From NCBI RefSeq assembly GCF_964355755.1, contig NC_092678.1:9856352-9920351 (forward strand): DNA of 64,000 nucleotides, written 5' to 3'. The notes below the pieces were generated by a model, which was not told the origin of the DNA, did no database searches, and worked only from the letters and a program-made list of their open reading frames with translations. The stretch's first letter is position 1; each line of letters opens with the position of its first letter. Shown here in pieces: positions 12,690 to 18,974 of this stretch. The stretch is from Antedon mediterranea (Eukaryota; Animalia; Echinodermata). The translations under genes were made by a program, and so were the position numbers.

Positions 12690-13234
12690 GGTGCAACATA
12701 TGTTGACACCCAGAACGTATAGAAACTATCTACATAGTCTACCTGGAGCAACATGTGTTGACTCCAGTACATGTTTAAACATTTTGATTAGGTAGGCAGT
12801 GCAACCAAATGTTGACATGGAAAAACGTATAGAAACAATCAACATCAGTCTGCCTGGGGCAACATGTGTTGACTCCAGTACGCGTTTGAATTGAGTTTAA
12901 TAAACGGTGCAACCACGTTGACACCAAAAAGATATAAATAACTTATGAGTCTACCTGGAGCAACATGCGTTGACTCCAGTCGTGTTTAAACATTTTAATT
13001 AGGTAGGCAGTGCAACCAAATGTTGACACCGAAAAACGTATAGAAACAATCAACATCAGTCTGCCTGGGGCAACATGTGTTGACTCCAGTACGCGTTTGA
13101 ATTGAGTTTAGTAAACGGTGCAACCACGTTGACACCAAAAAGATATAAATAACTTATGAGTCTACCTGGAGCAATGTGTTGACTCCGATTGAACATATGA
13201 TTGTAATTTGGCGGTGCAACCTATGCTGACACCG
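12690..13234. repeat. Array of 11 alternating bulged-hairpin repeats with ~25-35 nt spacers in the 3' non-coding region of the element
   Basis: GGTG-CAAC-N3-5-GTTG-A-CACC type at 12690, 12798, 12906, 13009, 13117 and 13213. (CT)GGRG-CAAC-ATGY-GTTG-A-CTCC(AG) type at 12745, 12856, 12957, 13067 and 13168. Period 45-58 bp, with a recent 211-bp duplication. Confidence 0.9.
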
Positions 13235-13357
13235 AAAGAAAACACAAATGAAATAAGTAAAACAATAAACTGAAAAAATAAGTATCAACTTCGTTTAAGC
13301 TTGATGCTTAATACCCAGTCATGCTTAGGAAATATGCCAACCAGCCAGCACCCATGT

Positions 13358-14248
13358 TTACAACGCTGTATTTGACAAAGTTATGTGGTTCGGTCTGATG
13401 TACCGCTTGAAAGCACTACTCGACCATCGTCCAAAAATCATAATGTCTTGGTGAGAGTGTCCCAGTTGGTGAAGGTCAGTAGCTCGACCGATTCTGAAAG
13501 AATGAGTGTTAAACTGTGTATGTTCCAGACTGGCACGCCGAGCTAATTGTTTTAGCGACGAGGAAAACATTTTTCTATTCACCGGTGTTCCATTTTCAAG
13601 CAGGAAGAACGGGCCTGCCTTCAGTGGTCGCATCTTGACGTAGCGTTGCAATGCTCTCACTGGGCATATGGGACTTCCAGATTTTTGGTGCAAGACGAAA
13701 GGAGGTGACGAACGCTTAGAGTGTTTGAAAGATTTGAAGTTTATTTGCACTTTAGTGGCATGTACTGTGATATCAGTTAGCATTAGTGTGTGTTCTGCGG
13801 CCTTGGAGACTACTGCTTCACTGGCTCTGAGGCATGCGAAGTAACATATTATGAACAAGGCTCTGTAGAGAATAAATTCGTATTTGGATTTCATGCTACC
13901 TCGCATATGTCCAATTAGCGTTACAAGAATGTCGGAGGTGACCAGCAGTCTGATCGGTTTGGATGGAGAGTTCGTTTTTTGTTTTGTTACTCCTCTGCAT
14001 AAAATGCTGACTGCTGGATTTGTGGTGGGGTCTTCCATAAATGATGCCCTGTGCACGAATGACACTGCGCTAAGGTAGTTTCGAATCGTGGAAATCGCCA
14101 GTGCATTTTTAGTCAGCTTACTTACATAGAGAACAATTGTCTGTGGAGTCGCTGGTAGCGGAAGGCTTAGTGATTTCCTGAATTGGTTAAAATGGTGCCA
14201 TTTGCTTTTATAGTTACTAGCGGTTCCTTTGCTTAATGAGTTCCACAT
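13358..14248 (-). CDS. Tyrosine recombinase, 296 aa
   Basis: N-terminal core-binding helices (STIRNYLSAVSFVH). Catalytic set: R (ACLRASE), K (KSFKH), HxxR (HSFRIG), W (GRW) and Y (FKRYIR). Confidence 0.96.
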   Translation of the reverse strand: MWNSLSKGTASNYKSKWHHFNQFRKSLSLPLPATPQTIVLYVSKLTKNALAISTIRNYLSAVSFVHRASFMEDPTTNPAVSILCRGVTKQKTNSPSKPIRLLVTSDILVTLIGHMRGSMKSKYEFILYRALFIICYFACLRASEAVVSKAAEHTLMLTDITVHATKVQINFKSFKHSKRSSPPFVLHQKSGSPICPVRALQRYVKMRPLKAGPFFLLENGTPVNRKMFSSSLKQLARRASLEHTQFNTHSFRIGRATDLHQLGHSHQDIMIFGRWSSSAFKRYIRPNHITLSNTAL

Positions 14249-16230
14249 TAGCTCTCGTGTGAGGGTCTTGAGTTGTTTAGTGGTTCGAAGTTGATTGGTT
14301 GTAAGTGCTTTGGTATCTTTAGCGGTGTGCGGTTCATACTGTGCTCCTTTAGCATGGCCTCCGTTTCCTGAAAACGAGAAAGAGCGTCACATATCTTGTT
14401 TTGCTTACCAGGGATGTGCCTAGCTGTAAACTGAATGTTGTTTAGTAGTAACAAAAGGACGATAGCGCGAACCACTATCATGACCTTTTCGTTTGATGAC
14501 GATTTCTTGTTAAGCACATATACATCAGCTAGGTTATCACAGTGGAAAACTACATGGGTGTTGGCTAGCTGTTTTGCAAAAATCGAAAGCATGACATAGA
14601 TTGGGTAAATTTCGAGAACCATGATGTCGAACATTTTCCAAGATTCCGGCCAGCGGCCTTGAATCCAGAACTTTTGGAAGGTCGCACCAAATGCGGTTTT
14701 TGAGGCATCAGAGTAGAAATGTAAACGCTGCGAGTCAAATTTTTGAGGGGGTGAAAAAATGGTAACGCCATTGTGTTTGCTAAGAAAGTCGGCCCAGATT
14801 TGGAGATCCTCCTTTGCAGAGTCAGAAAGGTGAATATTTGAAAATGGGTTAGTTAGACCGGCCGTCAGGGCATATAGCCTTCTTAGGAACGCCCGTCCAG
14901 ATGGTATAACGCAGGTGGCAAATTGTAGCTTTCCAATTAGAGATTGGAGGGCTCTCAAAGTAGTTGACTGAAGTGTGAGGAAGTTTTGAACTTCAACGGA
15001 GTAGCGTAATAATTTTTCAGGTGGGAGCCTGGCTTCCATTTTTTGTGAATCAAGTTCAATACCAAGAAAAGAAATTGTGGTGGTGGGCGAAATTGTTTTG
15101 TGCGGTGCTAGAGGTATGCCTACGCGGTCAGCAAGCGCCTTGAATGTTTTCAAAGATTTCGCACACAGTTGTTGTGTGTCTTCAATAAAGAGGAAGTCAT
15201 CTAACATTTTCACGTTATTGGGCCGTTGTAACTTTTTTGTAAGGATATATTTCACTCCGTCCGAAAACTTATTGAATATTTGACACGAAGATCCGCCGCC
15301 CTGGGGAAGCATTTTATCGTAGTAAAACTGGCCTAACCACGTGAAACCCGTGAGGTGGTATTGAGTGGGGTGTAAAGGTATTAGTCTGTATGCGTCACTG
15401 ATGTCCGTCTTAGCCATGAATGCCGGGTAATTGCGTTTGTTTATTATGTCAATTGCGTTGGCAATTGTTTCGTAATTAACTGTTTTAGAAATCTCAGGGA
15501 TGTTGTAATTGACAGAGTTTGTGTCGTAGGGATAAGATAGGTTGTGGAGGATACGAAATTTTCCGGGTACGGATTTTTCTCTTAGGTTAAGGGGTGATGC
15601 TTTAAAATGGTCAAATGGTGGGTGGGTAAATGGTCCAGCTATGCGTCCCAGAGATATCTCTTTTGTCAGTTTTTTGGAGAAGGTGTCGGGGTTGTTGATG
15701 ATAGCTGGGGAGTTATTTGCTGTAAAAGCAGCCTCAGGTCCGTTAAATTCAAGGTAGAAACCATGAGTGAAACCTTGGGTTAAGTAAGCGTGGTGTTTGA
15801 AACCAGATAGGAGTGCACTTAATCTAGAAGGAATTATTGGAGAAAGCAGAACATCGCTATTTTTTTGCTTGTGGGGGCCCTGATGATTGGCGAGTTTGGA
15901 GTGGTGGATGGGGCTCAGAGAGTGGGCGGTTTGCGCCGCGAATAGGTTGTTGAAAGCTGTTTTGTTGGTTTTGTTGGTAAGTTTGCTGACCGTATGCCTG
16001 TCGGTTGGTGAAGTTGTTTTGGTGCGATGGTGTTCGGTTACATCTGTGGATTGGATGGGGTCCCGAGCACTGAAAACAGGAGTGGCGATATTGACAGTTT
16101 GTCTGGGCACATCTAGTGAATCGGTTATGATAGGAGATACAGAAGCCGAGTGGGATACGAAAATTGTTCCGAAACCGAGTGGACGCTCTACGGCTGGATG
16201 GGTTAGAGGTTTGTGGTGTGCTCGTTGCAT
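14248..16230 (-). CDS. pol: Reverse transcriptase / RNase H (DIRS/Ngaro type)
   Basis: RT motifs KFRILHNLSYP, AKTDISDAYRLIP, MLPQG and KMLDDFL. RNase H motifs FYSDASK, VLEIYPI, HCDN and HIPGKQNKICDALSR. First ATG at 16230 (16233 is TTG). The true start is uncertain because the N-terminus overlaps gag by ~375 nt. Confidence 0.95.
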   Translation of the reverse strand: MQRAHHKPLTHPAVERPLGFGTIFVSHSASVSPIITDSLDVPRQTVNIATPVFSARDPIQSTDVTEHHRTKTTSPTDRHTVSKLTNKTNKTAFNNLFAAQTAHSLSPIHHSKLANHQGPHKQKNSDVLLSPIIPSRLSALLSGFKHHAYLTQGFTHGFYLEFNGPEAAFTANNSPAIINNPDTFSKKLTKEISLGRIAGPFTHPPFDHFKASPLNLREKSVPGKFRILHNLSYPYDTNSVNYNIPEISKTVNYETIANAIDIINKRNYPAFMAKTDISDAYRLIPLHPTQYHLTGFTWLGQFYYDKMLPQGGGSSCQIFNKFSDGVKYILTKKLQRPNNVKMLDDFLFIEDTQQLCAKSLKTFKALADRVGIPLAPHKTISPTTTISFLGIELDSQKMEARLPPEKLLRYSVEVQNFLTLQSTTLRALQSLIGKLQFATCVIPSGRAFLRRLYALTAGLTNPFSNIHLSDSAKEDLQIWADFLSKHNGVTIFSPPQKFDSQRLHFYSDASKTAFGATFQKFWIQGRWPESWKMFDIMVLEIYPIYVMLSIFAKQLANTHVVFHCDNLADVYVLNKKSSSNEKVMIVVRAIVLLLLLNNIQFTARHIPGKQNKICDALSRFQETEAMLKEHSMNRTPLKIPKHLQPINFEPLNNSRPSHES

Positions 16231-17002
16231 CAAGTTTATGAAGGAGGTCGGCTCGAACCGACGACCAGGAGCAAAGTGTGTACTCCCTAGCCATTCGAAA
16301 TTGTCGGTCGTAAAAGTACCATGAATTTGGATGAGTGCGCATGAGGTCTTTAATATACTTAAAATAAGTAAAGATGTCCTGCGTGTGTTGCGGGTGTTTA
16401 CTCAAATAAATTGTCGCGAAGTCGCAAAAGGCCTGATGCCAGTTGTGTTCGTTTAAGATGCGGCGTTTGGGCTTAGGCACAAGTTCGAATGTACCAGTGT
16501 ACGTTAGCGTGAATGTTTCCGCTGCGCTGTTTGAGTCGAGCAGGTCGTGCAGCTCGATGAATTTGTGGGAGATTATTTTCTCCTTAAGTTTTTCTGAGAC
16601 AATTGCCCCGGCCTTAATCCCACCGGAAAACTCCAAGGGATTTGAGATTGCGCTGCCTTCGGCTAATTTAAAAGGACTATTTAGCTTGTCTTGGTCCTCA
16701 AACGCAAACATTGACGAGGTAGATGGACTGTGGGCTTCGGCATTGTTGGCTGGCGGGATGGTGTCTCCGTGTAAAGGATTTGGCTGGGGGGTTTCAGAAA
16801 GAGGGTTGCCGGGAGGTTCGTCCTGATTGTTCGGCTTACCGGCCCTAATCTCAGCCACGGAAGTTACAAGGGTTTCGACAATATGCCTCATGTCCTTTAG
16901 TTCTTTATTTATGTCAAGTTCAGGTACCGGCACAGGTGTAGTTTTTTTCTTTTTTGGCGCCGTCTTTTTTGGCCTCTGGCTAGTTCTTTTCCGTCCTGAC
17001 AT
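15857..17002 (-). CDS. gag: Gag-like ORF1 nucleic-acid-binding protein, ~381 aa
   Basis: ATG at 17002 (MSGRKRTSQRPKKTAPKKKK, basic and NLS-like), a putative coiled coil, a WYFYDRQFR motif, and a C-terminal CCCH plus CCHC-like zinc cluster (C-x9-C-x4-C-x3-H-S-C-x2-C-x3-H-x4-C). It precedes and overlaps the RT ORF. Confidence 0.85.
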   Translation of the reverse strand: MSGRKRTSQRPKKTAPKKKKTTPVPVPELDINKELKDMRHIVETLVTSVAEIRAGKPNNQDEPPGNPLSETPQPNPLHGDTIPPANNAEAHSPSTSSMFAFEDQDKLNSPFKLAEGSAISNPLEFSGGIKAGAIVSEKLKEKIISHKFIELHDLLDSNSAAETFTLTYTGTFELVPKPKRRILNEHNWHQAFCDFATIYLSKHPQHTQDIFTYFKYIKDLMRTHPNSWYFYDRQFRMAREYTLCSWSSVRADLLHKLDATSTPQTSNPSSRRASTRFRNNFRIPLGFCISYHNRFTRCAQTNCQYRHSCFQCSGPHPIHRCNRTPSHQNNFTNRQAYGQQTYQQNQQNSFQQPIRGANRPLSEPHPPLQTRQSSGPPQAKK

Positions 17003-17098
17003 AGTGTATCTGTAAGAAAATCTTTGTGCAATGAAGATGGGAAGAAAAGTGTGTGGACGGATATCATCAAATTGCAGGGGGCGGTGGGTTAGAGAAAG

Positions 17099-17867
17099 AA
17101 CCAGCACGATTCATTTAATGAAATGCTGTACTTAAGAGCATGAGTGATAAAACGCTGCCGTATGTGGGGGTAGGTAATGAACCAGCATAAGAAATTATGT
17201 GGTAGTAATAGGGGAACCAGCATGAGTCATATAATGAATGCTGTACTTAAGAGCGTGAGTGATAAAACGCCGCCGTATGTGGGGGTAGGTAATGAACCAG
17301 CATAAGAAATTATGTGGTGGTAGTAGGGGGACCAGCATGAGTCATATAATGAATGCTGTACTTGTGATAAGACACCGCCGTATGAGGGGGTGGGTAATGA
17401 ACCAGCATAAGAAATTATGTGGTGGTAGTAGGGGAACCAGCATGAGTCATATAATGAATGCTGTACTTAAGAGCATGAGTGATAAAACACCGCCGTATGT
17501 GGGGGTAGGTAATGAACCAGCATAAGAAATTATGTGGTGGTAGTAGGGGGACCAGCATGAGTCATATAATGAATGCTGTACTTGTGATAAAACACCGCCG
17601 TATGTGGGGGTAGGTAATGAACCAGCATAAGAAATTATGTGGTGGTAGTAGGGGGACCAGCATGAGTCATATAATGAATGCTGTACTTAAGAGCATGAGG
17701 GATAAAATACCGCCGAATGTGGGGGTGGGTAATGAACCAGCATAAGAAATTATGTGGTGGTAGTAGGGTTAATGAACTAGCATAAGTAATTATGTGGTGG
17801 TAGTAGGGAAACCAGTATGAGTCATATAATGAATGCTGTACTTAGGAGCATGAGTGATAAAACACCG
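17099..17867. repeat. Internal minisatellite with alternating 115/105-bp units (~6.5 units) between the hydrolase and gag
   Basis: The anchor TATGTGGGGGT and its variants occur at 17161, 17276, 17381, 17496, 17601 and 17716. The short units lack AAGAGCATGA. Confidence 0.95.
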
Positions 17868-17995
17868 GAATTTTCTTGAATGTAATTATAAAGGTTAAAT
17901 AGTTTCGATTAGCATGAATGGTGTCAACAATGTATTGCCTGGCAGCTTATACTAACCTTGATGAGAGGATTTTGTTTTGTTTTTTCGTTTTAATT

Positions 17996-18012
17996 ATGTA
18001 TTTATTTATTTT
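17996..18012 (-). promoter_or_regulatory. Candidate polyadenylation signals (overlapping AATAAA) downstream of the hydrolase ORF
   Basis: Plus-strand TTTATTTATT at 18001-18010 reads AATAAATAAA on the sense strand, about 80 nt after the hydrolase stop. The region is AT-rich, so this may be chance. Confidence 0.3.
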
Positions 18013-18086
18013 TCTCCAAAATCCGGTTCCGGTTTGTCCACAGTGACTGCAGTAGGGAAAATAACAGATAATAATATTGTTGTTAT

Positions 18087-18716
18087 TTAGTGGCATGATT
18101 TAGCATAAGAGGCTCCGTGCATTAAAGCAGACCTTAGGGACGCCTTATATCTTTTTCGTCCATTTGTGGAGTTGGGATGGAGACCATCATTTGACCACAG
18201 AGAAATGGGGTTTGCCCAGAAGCCGGGATGGGTATGGTAGTGAAGGCCATGAGTTTTGCGGCAGAACTCGCGTAGGAAACCGTTGAAATCGTGAATGCGC
18301 TCGTTAAACAAAGGAGGGGGGAGGTGGCCAGTGTGAGATAATCGGAACGTCTGTGAGCAGAGAGAAGTCCGAATTGGTGTCCAGATGGGAAAAATATAGG
18401 TCAAAAGAATTTCGAAGAGGTAGTTTGCCGCCGACCAAGCATCCGAATCAACGAGGTCATTCGATCCGAGGTCGATGATCAAGATATCTGGCTTGAATGT
18501 TGCCAATCGATTTACAAAATTAGTTAGGTCGTTAATCTTTAGACCGGGTACCCCCCAAAGAACAGTATTATCGTAGTGATGGCTGATTCGGAAGTCAGAC
18601 AAAGGTCGGTGTGGACCAAGTATGGAGCCGGAAGAATTACCCAAGCCGTGATGGAAAGCGAGGCTGTCGCTCAAACCGGAAACGAATGAGTGGCCTAGGA
18701 CACAACCAGACAACAT
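18087..18716 (-). CDS. SGNH/GDSL-family hydrolase (esterase-like), ~209 aa from the first ATG
   Basis: Block I VLGHSFV (GDS-like, catalytic Ser), block II WGVPG, block III IIDLGSNDL, block V NDGLHPN (DxxH). The ORF-track start at 18782 is TTG; the first ATG is at 18716 (MLSGCVLGHSF). Confidence 0.88.
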   Translation of the reverse strand: MLSGCVLGHSFVSGLSDSLAFHHGLGNSSGSILGPHRPLSDFRISHHYDNTVLWGVPGLKINDLTNFVNRLATFKPDILIIDLGSNDLVDSDAWSAANYLFEILLTYIFPIWTPIRTSLCSQTFRLSHTGHLPPPLFNERIHDFNGFLREFCRKTHGLHYHTHPGFWANPISLWSNDGLHPNSTNGRKRYKASLRSALMHGASYAKSCH

Positions 18717-18847
18717 AATTACAAAAAGTACGAAAATTCGGAAAATGGGGGTAAGATAAGGTGTGAGATAAATTTCAGTCAAACAATGTTGTGTGTTGGC
18801 ACAAATCCTACCAGTGTAGGAGGATAAAAGGGACTGGTAAAATGTAA

Positions 18848-18974
18848 AAATAAAAATTATTTTACTTAGCCAAAATCTGGCGTGGTAATCTGTTGACAGC
18901 GTGAGGTGAAGAGGATGAGATGCTCACGCTGTCAAAAGATGATTGCGAGGGCGCCCCGCAATCACGTGATTTTG
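18848..18974 (-). repeat. Split direct repeat A1 (5' terminus, 127 bp including the core)
   Basis: Identical by eye to 12322-12448 (AAATAAAAATTATTTTACTTAGCC...CGCAATCACGTGATTTTG). Confidence 0.95.

Larger units (their letters stand above)
12115..18974 (-). mobile_element. Full-length Ngaro-like (order DIRS) tyrosine-recombinase retrotransposon, 6860 bp including both ATTTTG cores
   Basis: Split direct repeats in the order A1...B1-A2-B2 on the minus strand. Uninterrupted gag, RT/RNase H and YR ORFs plus an SGNH hydrolase ORF. No DDE integrase, no protease and no Dam-methyltransferase extension after RNase H. Sharp junctions with satellite on both sides. Confidence 0.95.

Noticed and set aside
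12690-13234. Bona fide CRISPR array
   Set aside because: There are no cas genes, the context is a eukaryotic retroelement, two repeat types alternate, and the spacers are related or duplicated rather than unique. Kept as a hairpin array finding.
13358-14248. Phage or prokaryotic integrase, integron or contamination
   Set aside because: The YR is embedded with DIRS-type gag and RT/RNase H between split direct repeats and is cleanly joined to eukaryote-type satellite.
13884-17525. Plus-strand ORFs antisense to YR, pol and gag, a short alternative-frame ORF in pol, and the 77-aa ORF in the minisatellite
   Set aside because: These are shadow frames of real genes or translations of repeats, with no independent support.
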